A stretch of 64,000 nt of DNA, from the NCBI GenBank assembly GCA_964035575.1, contig OZ037836.1:1116001-1180000 (forward strand), written 5' to 3'. The DNA comes from Rhynchopus sp. YZ270_cl-10. Taxonomy: Eukaryota. Shown here in pieces: positions 37,863 through 49,595 of the stretch. Under the pieces are notes generated by a model. It searched no databases. It was given only the letters and a program-made list of their open reading frames with translations, and was not told where the DNA came from. Positions within the stretch are counted from its first letter, which is position 1. The number at the start of each line of letters is the position of its first letter. The position numbers and the translations under genes were made by a program.

Positions 37863-39857
37863 TTAAATTAGATATTTTATTATCGCGCAATTATGGTCGA
37901 GTACAAAAATCCGGCGGGTTCCAAGAAGGTAATCAGAACCTGGAGTGAGGGTGGTATGATGTTAAGTGTGAGTGTGAGTGACAAGTAAAGAGAAAATGTG
38001 CAGATGGGCTCTTCACAATCATTAGCCATGTGCTCGGCAGTCTTGTTCGAACTACGGCTACTTGGAAGACGTCCGTCGTCCATTGTGTGGATTTGTATGG
38101 ATCTTTGTGATTTTTTGTATTTTTTTTCCAAAAAAAAAATTTTTTTTTGTGTCCAAAAAATGTGTTTCCCATGTCGTGGCAGGCCGAAAAAAAAATTTTT
38201 TTCGCGTGTAATTATTTCCTTAATTTTACTGTCAAAAATTTTACGGCTATTTTATACACAATCCTTAATCCCACTAGTGGGATTAAGGATCTTAAAAATA
38301 CTTTTTTGGTCAGGATTTTTGTACGAGACCTTAATTGCGCGTTAATAAAAAAAATAATAAATAAAAGTGAACCGACGAACCAGGCATATTGCTAAGTGCC
38401 GTTTCGCCGTTTTGCCTTTTTGGCCAAAATCACAAAATTTTTTTTTTTTGAAAACGCCGTTTCGCCGTTTTGCCTTTTAAAAAAACGCCGTTTTCAAAAT
38501 TGGCGAAGCGCCGTTCCCCCCGAGAAATCGGCGTTTTCAACGCGACAAAACGCCGTTTCCTGTCGTCATTTTTTGAGAAAAAGGATCTGGCAAAATCATA
38601 AAAGTAGCGTACCGTGCGCCTGCGGCGCAAGCTTACATCACACCCTTCCCATGCTGTAAAATAGTGCAATTTTAAGCGCGATTTTTGAAATGTTGCGTAC
38701 CGTGGCTTCGCCAGGAACCTTTGGTTACCTGACTAACCTTTGGTTAGGCCATAGCCACCATTTCTTTTATAAATTTACTAAGGTTACTGATAAGAAGGCG
38801 GACACCCACTACGGATTGCGGATCACCAGTGGCTGAAAGCTACCAAGGCACAGAGGAGGGAAGCTTTCCCGCAGAGAAGGGTTGGGGTGGTGTAGGTTGG
38901 CCGTGCATCACAAAATGCCGAGAATATTTTTCGCTGAGTTTTCCGCACAGAAAAAAATGACTGCCTCACACAAAACCACCTTTTTGGTGGAGGCTAGGGG
39001 GGCTATATAATACCCTCTGTGGTTGGCAGGGAGGCGCGCGCGAAGCGCGCGACGACCGCTTTCAACGGGGGGAAATTTTTTTTTTGGCCTGGAAAAAAAA
39101 AAAAGTGTCGCCGTTTTGCTTTTTTCCACTTTCGGCAAAGTTAGCAATATGCCTGCGACGAACCGACGGTTAGCATTAGGCCTGTGTCTAGTGGTGCTGG
39201 CAAAAAATAAAAATAAAAATAAAAAAGGGGGAATAATCAGTTATGCCCTGCCCTATTTTTGAAAATGGTCAGATTTACCCAAAAAATAAGCTCAGATATG
39301 GTCAGTTATGCCCTATTTCTAGTTTTTGGGTACATCCGAACATTATTTTTCGTGTATATCTAACCAAAAATAGGGTATAACTAACTATTCCCCCCCAAAA
39401 ATAAATAGTCAGCACGACTACCTAGGCAGGTTTTTATATGTGCATCGTTCCCAAAGCTGTTGTGTTCCCACCCTTTTTTTTACACTGGAAGTATGATACT
39501 GGGTGTGCATTTAAAAAGATTGTTTCATATACTAACTATTCTACTGAATAGAAGGTATAATAGGGTCTAAATGTACCCAAACTTTTTGTTTACTTTATGT
39601 GGGTGTGTATTTAAAAAGAGGAAAACAAAGGGTAGACAAAAACTAGCGGGCACACGCACCGCCAGTCGTTTCTATTTCCTATTTTCCAAGAGCTTAGTAT
39701 TTTTTAAAGGTGTCTCTTAAGTGCATCAGAGAGACGAGGTGTGTTTGCTGCTGGATATGCTTTCCTGCACATCGGTGGCCAACAAAGGTATATTATACCC
39801 CCCACAGAAGGCCAGAATTCTGGCCAACTGGGCTGGGCCGGAGGGAGTCCATGTAAT

Positions 39858-39969
39858 GGTGGCAGTATTCTGACGGGAGCCCATTGGAATACGCAAAAAA
39901 TACATCAAGTGATGTATGCTGATGTATTTTTGCGTATTCCAATGGGCTCCCATTACAAATACTGCCACC
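39858..39969. repeat. ~110-bp hairpin MITE
   Basis: GGTGGCAGTATT...GGGAGCCCATTGGAATACGC / GCGTATTCCAATGGGCTCCC...AATACTGCCACC; related sequence at ~63455-63570. Confidence 0.75.
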
Positions 39970-41400
39970 TTTAGGTCCATGCCCAATATAGGGAGGGGGT
40001 AGGACAGTGGGGACGCCCACTGGAATATCTCTTCCCTGGCCAGCCGGAAAAAAAAAAAACAACCCCACACACATACACCCCTGGCCAGTGTTGCACGGAG
40101 AGAGATGCTGCTGGTAAACAAATCACTGCGACTATCTCGGGAATAGAAAATTTTCAAAAAAAAAAAAAAAAAAAGAAAAAAGAAAAAAAAAGAAGAAGAA
40201 GAAAACAAAATGAAGGAAAGCAAGAGACCATAGCAATAAGCCTCTCAAAAGCATACACATCAAACCAGAACAAAAGGGGGGAGGGGGTGAAATAGTGAGA
40301 GCACGACGTTGAAATAAATTACTTTACTTGTGGTTTTACATGTGGTTTTACCTGTCATTTTTTTTTAACTTGTGTTTAAGGTGTACGCTTACGTTTTTAC
40401 GTGTGCCACAAGTAAACTATTTTCACAAGTAAAATTACATGTAAAACCACAAGTAAAGTCATTTCCTTCAACGTCGTCAGGAGAGGAGGGTGTTCACATG
40501 AGGATACCATGATGACAGGAGTAGGTCACAAAAAAAAAAAGCATATTATTTTTTTTGTTGTATTAGTGTAGACACTCCAAGGATGAGCTTCACTATGAGG
40601 GGGGGTTTTTTAAGTAAGTAAAATAAACAAATTTCTTGAAAAACTTGGTTGTAATAGTTTTAGAAAAGTATCTGAAACACGTAGGGGCGATAAAGGGAAC
40701 CGGAATGGGGTTGTTATGAAGTTTTTTTTTTTTTTTTTTGAAAACTTTTTTACCATTCCTTTCTGGGTTATTTTCTCTTGTTTGGAGCGATGAAGGGAAG
40801 GCAGAAAAAATACCTCCCACAAGGACATAATCGAGGGGGAAGAAGAAGAAAAAGAAGAAAGTGTCACTCTGTCGTTCCCTCACCCCCCCTTCTTGTAGTT
40901 GCTTGATGCGTTGACGCTTCCACACACACTAAACATCACCTGTTGGGTGGTGTTGCGGAGCACGGTTGGGTGAGTGAACGACGTGACACTTTCCGCTCAC
41001 AAAGTAGTGTGCGTAAAAAAAGAAGAAAAAGAAGAGGAAATAAGTGAGAAGAGAAGTTTTTTCATCATATGCAATCAATAAAATGATAGTATATGGTGAG
41101 GGATCAACAAAAATGTCCCCATCTTTCTTTTTACGGAGGAGAAGATAAGTTGAAAGTGCAAACGCCTCACCGTTCATCGGCGGACGCAGGCAAGAAGGTA
41201 AAAAAAAAAAGACCCTCCACAAGATACACAATGCTGTCTCAATATTACGGGTGTATCTAATTTCGGGTGGACCAAATATTCCATAAGTCACCTGCAATAA
41301 AACATGCCCAATAATATTGTATCGCGCTGCAGGAAAGAAGAGGTTTTGCATTGAGATGCACTTTGGCTCAAAAGCTATCTTCGCATTTTTTTTTTGAAAA

Positions 41401-41439
<39 letters not shown>

Positions 41440-41921
41440 CGCAGTGTTTCCCAGCATCTCACCTAACTCTGAAAATAGGTGAGATTTTGCGGTTTTGCAG
41501 GTTTTTGTATAGGTGTGGCGAGCCCGGGCGCGCTTCGCGCGCCCGGGTCCCCACCTTAGCTCAAGTTGGGGGCCTCCGGCGGAATGTGAGAATTTCTCGG
41601 AGTTCGGCACTTCATTGATATTTGCACCAGGCACACGTGGTATACGAATTATCAGTAAACTCAGTACATTTACAAAATAAACGGCAGTCATGGCAGGCAT
41701 GGCACCCAAGCGAAGCCACGGTACGCAACATTTCTAAAAATTGTTGACATAAATGTCACTGTCGTTGGAAGATTGGGGGGTCAGCTTGTTTTTGTGCCCA
41801 AAATTTTTTCAGCACTGCTGACCAGGGACATTGGGAACATAGGGATTTTTGCGGAGCAAAAAAAAAATCAAACAAATGGCGCCGCAGGCGAAAAAAAATT
41901 AGGGTACAGTGTAAAAATCTA

Positions 41922-43326
41922 CAGTGTGACACAGAATTAATGGCCGATGAAGACATTTTATAAAAAAACGGCAAATTTTGACAAGGACATATTCAAAACA
42001 CCCCCAAAACATAAAATATTTACGCCCAGGAACACAATAAAAGCAAAAATATAATGGTTAAGGGTAAAGTGAACACTGAGGCCACGAGGGAAGGGTTGCG
42101 CCTACAGGCAGCGTCGCTAGTCGTTGTTGGCGGTAAGAGCCATGATGAGGTGGCGGAGTTGCTGAACGTTGCGAAGAGGAGTTTGGGTAGGTGGGTGAAG
42201 GAGTACCGCGCTGGAGAGCGGAATTTTTCGGACAAGCCAGGGAGGGGACGCAAGAGATCGGCCACCACCGACACCGTTAAGAATAGGGTGGTTAGACACA
42301 TGCGGGGCAAGCGGTTTCAGTCTTGCAGGAAAGTAGCGTCGCGACTACAGATTTCGAGGGAGAGTGTCCGCAGGTGCCTGAAGGAGAAGGGGCTGAAGCC
42401 CGTTCAAACGAAGAGCAAACCAAAGCTCTCGGAAAAGAACATCACTGCCCGGATAGAGTTTGCTGAAACGCATCGAAACACCGACTGGTCAAAGGTGATG
42501 TTCACCGATGAAAAAGACTTTTGGCTTTTTTCTCGGGTGAGCAAGAAGAACGATGTTGTCTGGGTTGCAGATGGTGATGAGCCGCCCCCAACCGTTGATA
42601 AGGTCAGGGCTACGCAGAAGGTTCACGTCTGGGGAGGAATCACCACCAGAGGTAAGACGAAGCTCTATTTCTATGACGGTGCTCTCAATGCAGAGAAGTA
42701 CCGTACGCTCGTCTTACAGAAAGCGCTCAAAGAAATAAAAGAACTCCTACCTGACAGTAGCTACACGTTTCAGCAGGATGGGGCACCCTGCCACACTGCG
42801 AACGTTACTCAAGCATTCCTCTCCTCCCAACCTTTCTCGTTCCTCCCTAAAGCTGACTGGCCAGGCAACTCCCCTGATCTCAATCCTATTGAGAACCTGT
42901 GGGCCAAGCTGCAGACTGCAGTCAACGAACGGGAGCCCAAAGACGTGTCAGCACTTAAACGTGCCATCAACAAGGAATGGTCCAAGATGGACAATAGCTT
43001 CGTTGCACGTTACATCATGTCAATGCCACGACGCCTAGACGCAGTTCGCAATTCCAACGGAATGCACACAAAATACTAATGCATGCTCTATTTATTTTTG
43101 TGCACCCACTCGTTTGTACTGCTACACTGTATTTTTTTTTTTTTACACATACACCCTTTTTTACCAAAAAGGGATATTTCCATGTTAATATTTTCCCCAC
43201 ACACACACTTTTCATACACGGCCAGTTGAAAATGCAATGAAATGAGTCAAATTTTGCCTATTTTTTAGAATAATATAACAATTTTTACAAAATGTCGTCA
43301 TCGGCCATTAATTCTGTGTCACACTG
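41922..43326 (+). mobile_element. Full-length, apparently intact Tc1/mariner (IS630-Tc1-mariner) transposon
   Basis: ~38-bp TIRs CAGTGTGACACAGAATTAATGGCCGATGA(A/C)GACATTTT; TA TSD at 41920-41921 and 43327-43328. Confidence 0.97.
42054..43079 (+). CDS. Tc1-like transposase, DD37E
   Basis: N-terminal HTH with a GRGRK linker; VMFTDE, FQQDGAPCH, WPGNSPDLNPIENLW; 37 residues counted between the second D and the E. Confidence 0.97.
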   Translation: MVKGKVNTEATREGLRLQAASLVVVGGKSHDEVAELLNVAKRSLGRWVKEYRAGERNFSDKPGRGRKRSATTDTVKNRVVRHMRGKRFQSCRKVASRLQISRESVRRCLKEKGLKPVQTKSKPKLSEKNITARIEFAETHRNTDWSKVMFTDEKDFWLFSRVSKKNDVVWVADGDEPPPTVDKVRATQKVHVWGGITTRGKTKLYFYDGALNAEKYRTLVLQKALKEIKELLPDSSYTFQQDGAPCHTANVTQAFLSSQPFSFLPKADWPGNSPDLNPIENLWAKLQTAVNEREPKDVSALKRAINKEWSKMDNSFVARYIMSMPRRLDAVRNSNGMHTKY

Positions 43327-45596
43327 TATCTTTTTACAGCACAAAGTCACACACCTAACCCTTTTTTGCGGAGCAAAAAAGGGAAAATGGCGCCGCAGGC
43401 AAAAAAAAATTGAGGTACAGCCTGAATGGTGCGGTCAGCAACCCAGTTCCCCATGGTACTCCCGTGGTTCAACCATGATTTTTTTTTTTTTTTTTTTTTT
43501 TTTCCTGCAGGTGAGATTTCTCACCTCACTTTTTTTTTTTTTTTTTTTTTTGTGAGATTTCTCACCCCAAAATCTCACCGTGGGAAACACTGTTTTTACC
43601 ATTCCTTTTTTATGGGAATGAAGTAGTGCACACGGTCTTGGAAGCTCCAATGAAAGAAATGAAGCGGGCTAAAAGAGGAAGTTGCCTTCCTAAACGTGCA
43701 AACCCTGTACCCATGCACATCTGAAAGACTAGTTGAAATGAGCCAATATAAAAAACGCATCTCAGTCGAATGCCATTCAAGCAAAGGGTCGAGAAAGGGA
43801 CGTGAGTGGTCCGTACCCATAAGAGCACAGAGAGGCGGTTCACTACCGCCTGGGTGAATCGGCACCTGTCTATATTACCTAAGCATTGAAATACCATTGC
43901 TCACCAATGGTACACTCCAATACTGTTGGACCCCGAAGGGGGGGTTTTTTTTGGTTTTTTTTTTTTTTGAAAAATTGGTTGTATTAGTGTAGCCACCCTA
44001 GAGTGTGCTACTATTTTTTATTCGCAAACCTCCTCTGAATGCTGTGGTATCGCGAGAACAGCCTTTTTTAAAATAAAAAAACCCCACCCCCTTAAAATGC
44101 GTCACCCGTCATCCACATATCTCTCAAAAAAGATACGTTGAAAGTGCGGGCAACGCTCCGAAGATCCCACCCCATTGTAATAATGAACCCCCAGCTGTCC
44201 AAATATGCTTTGGCATCAAAAAAAAAAGGGGGTGACATATTTCAGCCAGGGGTCCTAACGCTGTTCTCAAAAAAAATTAAAATGGTAACTTCAAGGTCAC
44301 TTCTCGTTTTTTGGGGAGGAAAAAAAAAAACTTTCCCCCCTCAGAGGCGGTATGGCAACAACACAAGTGAAGTTGAAAAGGTGCAAATCCTCGGACATAC
44401 ACTGGACGTTGGATCGCCGTATCATAGGGACAGGGTACTAGATACATTTTTTTCTTGTGAGGCAATTTTCGCAGCGGTCTGTGTCACCGTTTTGGTTCCT
44501 GGCGAAGCCACGGTACGCAACATTTCTAAAAAATGTTGCCATAAAATGGCACTATCGTTGGTAATTATCGTAAGTTTCCGTAAATTACTTACGTATTTTG
44601 CTGAAACGAAAGTTTCTGGCGAAGCCACGGTACGCAACATTTCAAAAAAAAAAATCGCTTAAAATTGTACATGGTAGCAACCTGCAGCCCTGCAGACCAC
44701 TGATCTTGACAAAAAAGAAAAAAAATCCCAGACCCTCCAACGTGCTCCCGGTGTATGTTAAGTATCCGAGGTCACTTCGTGACACCGGATTTCAAAAAAT
44801 AAAAAAAAAGGTCACTTTTTAGGGCACTTTTCGAAGGTCACTTCGAAGTGACCTTCGAATTTCAAAAAAATAAAAAAGGTCACTTCGGAAGTGGTAAAAG
44901 TTACCACTCTTAGGACCCCTGATTTCAGCGTTTTTTTTTCTAGAGGGGGGCCCCAGGGTTTTTTTTAGGATTGGGTGTTTTGACCCTTGGGGGGGGGTCG
45001 CAAAAAGAGCCCTAATTGGACTCAGAAAAATTTTTCCCCATGCATTCAGGGCTCTCGCCAATTACCCCTTTTGGCCAAAATGGGGGGTGAATCGGGGGTC
45101 CACGAGCTTCCCCCCTGTAAAGCGGTCGCCCGAAATTTTTTCAGTACTGCTGACCAGGGACATTGGGAACATAGGGAACTGTATGTATGTACTTTTTTTT
45201 GCGGAGCAAAAAAAAATAATATAAAATGGCGCCGCAGGCGAAAAAAATTTCAGGGTACGGTGTAAAAAGCAAGCTTTTTACATCATAGAGTCACTCAACG
45301 AACCCTTTTTTGCGAAGCAAAAAAGGAAAAATGGCGCCACAGGCAAAAAAAAATTGAGGTACAGACCGTATGATGCGGTCAGCAACCCAGTTCCCCGCGG
45401 TACTTCCCGAAAACTCACCCCCTTCGGGGGGGTGTCTCGCCCCCAAAAAAATTTTTTCACCCCCTCCACCCCCCCCAGAATCCTGAAAAAAATCCTGGGG
45501 GGGGTAGACTCGCCTAAAAACCCATAGTGCAGACACCACCCCCCTGATGAGCTTCCACTACATTTTTTCCTTTTCTTTTCTCTTTTCGCTTCTTTT

Positions 45597-47195
45597 TTAG
45601 TTCGCGCATCCGATAAACAGCTTATCCGCAAACCCTGGGTCGATTTCGTGCGCTACTTGGAAGAGAGCCTCACAGAGATCGTCATGCAGGTTCTCCTTGC
45701 ATTTGATACTCCGCGTGAAGTATGTGTTCGGGCCGAAGAAGGCAAGCCGCAGAAAGCTGATGTCATGCCTCATGATCTTCGATTCGGACGAAAACGACGT
45801 GAATTTGTCAATGTAGTAATGGTCGGAGGAATGCATCACGGTGCTGGCCAGAAACGCGTTGGTCACCTCCGGTGTCCATCCGGGACGCAGCTTCTTGATG
45901 ATGACCCGCGAGGCCATGATGATGGTGTGTGCTGTGGAGTTTCTTGCGGCAAGATGGATGAATTTGTTTGCTGCCTCGTGGTCTGCGTGGCTTTGCCCGG
46001 TGGGGCGTGCACAGTGATGAATGGGAAGTCCTTGAGAGCCGTTGTGTGCCAGAATGTCGGCCATCGCTGCAGCAGATCCCACTCCAATACCACCATAGGA
46101 CCCAAACGAGGCCGCGTTGTTCATCCACTGTGTTACGTTGTTGCTTTCTTGCGCAAGGTCCCAGCGATCCGCAGGGTTGGTGGGGTTGATCAACTGCGCG
46201 GTTCCATTCGCCCACCAGTGGACATTAATGTGAGCGTACAACGAAATGATTGTGTTCGCAATGACAACTGCCTCCTCGATGTCGTCATCCTCCGGTCCAA
46301 CAACACGGTGCTCGCCAAGACCGTCCTCCATCAGAAGAGTCATGCCGAGAAACTCCTGTGTATCGTGGTCCAAATCGATGGTCACGTAGTTGATGTTAAT
46401 CAACGTGGTGTCTTGGAAGGGAAGACGCAAATTTTCGAACCTCAAATGTCCCGTTTCAAAGTCCATCCAGGAGATCATGCAGGTGTTTACCATTGCTTGG
46501 TACATTTCGCAGCGGGTAGTTCTTCTCTTCGGCGAGAACCGCCCGATGTGCGCATACCGCAAAAAGACGCGGAAAAAGATGTTCAAAGGGTACTCCACCC
46601 CAATGGTCGCCTGGTTGTAGAGGTACGCGCCCAGCTGCATTCCGTAGTACGAAGCAGACCTGCGCATGGCATAGGTGATGTTCAACCCCTTCGGCACCCA
46701 CCGTCTGTTCAGCATATCCTTCGCGAAGGTAGCGTCCGTTGTGTCCGGGGTTTTCCCCTGCAGTGTAACCTGGGTTGTCGTGAAGGGCGCCTTCTCAAAA
46801 GGCTCGATTGGGACTGGTGTGAGATTGTTGTTCCAACAAAGAAGCAGAAACGCGCCCAAACGGTACATCGTGAGAAGCAGAGGAACGGAGAGGAAGAGAC
46901 GGCGGTACGATACCGTGGGAAACGTGAGCAGCTTTTCGAGCCAAGGGAACGACCCGAAAAGGTTGCGGAAGAGTGCAGGGTATTCCCGGGGAAGCGCTGC
47001 AAGCTCGGCGCAGCCACAAAGCAGAAAGACAGTCTTCGCAAAATTCGTCATAATGTCTCGCGGGTATGCGATGGCCACATCCTCGGACGTTGCAAAAGCA
47101 TAGGCAAAGGCTGGCAAATTCGGTCTCCACTGCATCCACACAAATGCACCAACCCCTGCTGCGAAACCTACCCGATGGTCGAAGACGTCCGACAT
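45597..47195 (-). CDS. 532-aa putative lipoxygenase-like protein (copy 2)
   Basis: Intact paralog of 10095-11693; motifs HINVHWWAN and TVMHSSDH. Confidence 0.8.
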   Translation of the reverse strand: MSDVFDHRVGFAAGVGAFVWMQWRPNLPAFAYAFATSEDVAIAYPRDIMTNFAKTVFLLCGCAELAALPREYPALFRNLFGSFPWLEKLLTFPTVSYRRLFLSVPLLLTMYRLGAFLLLCWNNNLTPVPIEPFEKAPFTTTQVTLQGKTPDTTDATFAKDMLNRRWVPKGLNITYAMRRSASYYGMQLGAYLYNQATIGVEYPLNIFFRVFLRYAHIGRFSPKRRTTRCEMYQAMVNTCMISWMDFETGHLRFENLRLPFQDTTLININYVTIDLDHDTQEFLGMTLLMEDGLGEHRVVGPEDDDIEEAVVIANTIISLYAHINVHWWANGTAQLINPTNPADRWDLAQESNNVTQWMNNAASFGSYGGIGVGSAAAMADILAHNGSQGLPIHHCARPTGQSHADHEAANKFIHLAARNSTAHTIIMASRVIIKKLRPGWTPEVTNAFLASTVMHSSDHYYIDKFTSFSSESKIMRHDISFLRLAFFGPNTYFTRSIKCKENLHDDLCEALFQVAHEIDPGFADKLFIGCAN

Positions 47196-47543
47196 AGGAA
47201 AGGGGGGAAAGGAAAAAGGGAAAAAAAAGGAAAAAAAATAAAAAAAGGAGGAAATAAACTGGGTGTCAAGTCAGCAACGCGCGGGGGGAGCGAAGAGTAG
47301 TGGGGGGGAAGAGGAGAAAAAGAAAAGAGTGTGTGTTTCGAGAGGGAAACAATGTGAAAAAGAAAAACAAATCTGCTGCGGGTGGGTGGAGAATGGTTGT
47401 GGGTGTGTTGAAAAAGTAGGTGTGGGTGGGTAGGGGCTTTGGGTTACGGTCAAGATTATCCGAACCAGAGGACGCAAGCAGACATACTGCCAGAGACCCT
47501 CCACCTCGGGGAGGTGCTGCCCTGCCACCAACACACCACGTCG

Positions 47544-48686
47544 TCATTGTGCGTGTCTCCGTCGCTTCTGGCTTTGCTCGGGGGATTCGTCTCTGCTTCG
47601 TTTCGGACGTGCTTCAACCACAAGCTTCCTCAGCTGCTCGTCGTTCCTCACTTCGTTGGACACAACACTGCTGCAGCCGGAAAGGTAAATGCTTGTCAAC
47701 GAAGTGCAGTTCTCAGCAAATTGCGTAGTATAAGTAAAACTACTCAAACCAATCGACGTCACGTTGCAGAGTGGTGATAAATACAGGGTCGTTAAGCTGC
47801 TACAGAACTGAAGGAAGCCTGCACCAACCTGCGTCACATTGCTGAGTGCTGATAAATCCAGGGATGCTAAGTTGCTGCAGAACTGAAGGAACCACGCACC
47901 AACCTGCGTTACATTGCTGAGTGGTGATAAATCGAAGTTGGTTAAGCTGCTGCAGCCGCAAAGAAAGCTGTCACCAATCCGCGTCACGTTGCTGAATGGT
48001 AATAAATCCAGGGTCGTTAAGCTCCTGCAGTTCTGAAGGAAGCACGCACCAACCTGCGTCACATTGCTGAGTGATGATAAATCGATGGTGGTTAAGCTCC
48101 TGCAGCCGGAAAGAAAGCTTTTCTCAATCGACGTCACGTTGCTGAGTGGGTATAAATACAGGGTCGTTAAGCTCCTGCAGTTCTGAAGGAACCACTCACC
48201 AACCTGCGTCACATTGCTCAACCCAGAGAGATCGATACTTGTCAACGAGGTGCAGTTGTACAGGAAGTAGTCTCCAATGTGAGTCACAATGGACTCAGCA
48301 CTGAGATCAAGTCTCGTCAACGAAGTGTCCGACAAGAAGTAATGCGGAATGACAGTCGCAACCTCCGCCTGCAGAAGCAAACACGCCACCTCAGGATCCT
48401 CCACACTCTCCAACTTCTCGGCTGTGATGTCGGTCACACCCAACGCATGAAGCTCTGCAATGGCTTCTTGCTTCTGCGTTTTCGTGAGGATGATTGTGTC
48501 ACCAGCACTCAGCTGCGTCATGTCCGCTCCTTCTCCCATCGCTTCGCCTCCGAAACTCATGCAAAAGCCGTCTTCAGGCAACCCCATTGCAGTCGCCACC
48601 TTCCGCCGCAAGTCCTCCACTGTGTCATCTTCACCCACCTCGACTGTGTGCTGATTCGTGTCGAAACCCTTGATGTTCAGGTCCAT
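47544..48686 (-). CDS. Ubl + 8 LRRs + NLS (copy 2)
   Basis: Intact 380-aa ORF with the same architecture as copy 1. Confidence 0.92.
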   Translation of the reverse strand: MDLNIKGFDTNQHTVEVGEDDTVEDLRRKVATAMGLPEDGFCMSFGGEAMGEGADMTQLSAGDTIILTKTQKQEAIAELHALGVTDITAEKLESVEDPEVACLLLQAEVATVIPHYFLSDTSLTRLDLSAESIVTHIGDYFLYNCTSLTSIDLSGLSNVTQVGEWFLQNCRSLTTLYLYPLSNVTSIEKSFLSGCRSLTTIDLSSLSNVTQVGACFLQNCRSLTTLDLLPFSNVTRIGDSFLCGCSSLTNFDLSPLSNVTQVGAWFLQFCSNLASLDLSALSNVTQVGAGFLQFCSSLTTLYLSPLCNVTSIGLSSFTYTTQFAENCTSLTSIYLSGCSSVVSNEVRNDEQLRKLVVEARPKRSRDESPEQSQKRRRHAQ

Positions 48687-49595
48687 GTCTTTGTTGTGGT
48701 TTTGTGTTCTGATCTCTGTGTGTGGTGGTGGTGTGTGCAGTCCTTTTCAAGAACCATGCAATATCATCCTCAACACAACGCAACAACGGAACAAACAAGA
48801 ATGCGATCTCGAAAGCCTTGTATGAGCACACATCATACGCACAACACCTTTGCTTTGCTGTCACTACATCGAAGGTGCAGGCTGTCCGCACCAGAGCAGT
48901 TGCTGTGAATCTGGGAAAGCTCAAAGGGGAGAGTGATGGGGCATTCACGTCGCACTTCGCAACACCAAGCCCCGGGTACGTCATGCCATCGTGCGGGAGG
49001 TGTTCCGCAAGCTGCAGCACCGCACAAGAACGTGCCACCCACGTCTCCATCTTGTTCGTGCCTGAGCAGGTCTGTGCTGCCCTCTTCTACCCGCAAGACC
49101 AGTATCCGGAGGACTGGCACTCAGCGTACGCCCCAAGCACAGCAAAGCGCATCCTCCCCCCTGAGTCCCCCCAGTCACACCATCAAGTGAAAGCACGATA
49201 TCAGTGCATCAGAGCACACAACGGAAGCCACTCGCCTCCGTCATCACACCTTACACCTCTTCGTGCAAAGCTACCAAGAAGACAGTGAAAGACCACGTGG
49301 TGTCAACGAGTTCAGAATGATGAAGTACAGAAAAAAAAGGGGGTTGGGCGTGGAGGTACGTTGTAATGAACAAGACATGGGTTTTTGTGGGGATTCTTTT
49401 GCAGCACAGAGTAAAATAACACAATGTGTGGAACGTCTTGCTCAGCAGAGCTGTCCTCTCGCACCAAGTAGTAGTCTGTGCCACGGTGAGCAAGACTGTG
49501 GCCCTCTTCTTCTCCGAACCAGAGGACGCAAGCAGACATACTGCCAGAGACCCTCCACCTCGGGGAGGTGCTGCCCTGCCACCAACACCACGTCG

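Noticed and set aside
48722..49310. Possible gene between LRR copies 2 and 3
   Set aside because: Only short overlapping ORFs with no recognisable motif; it may be decayed coding DNA.
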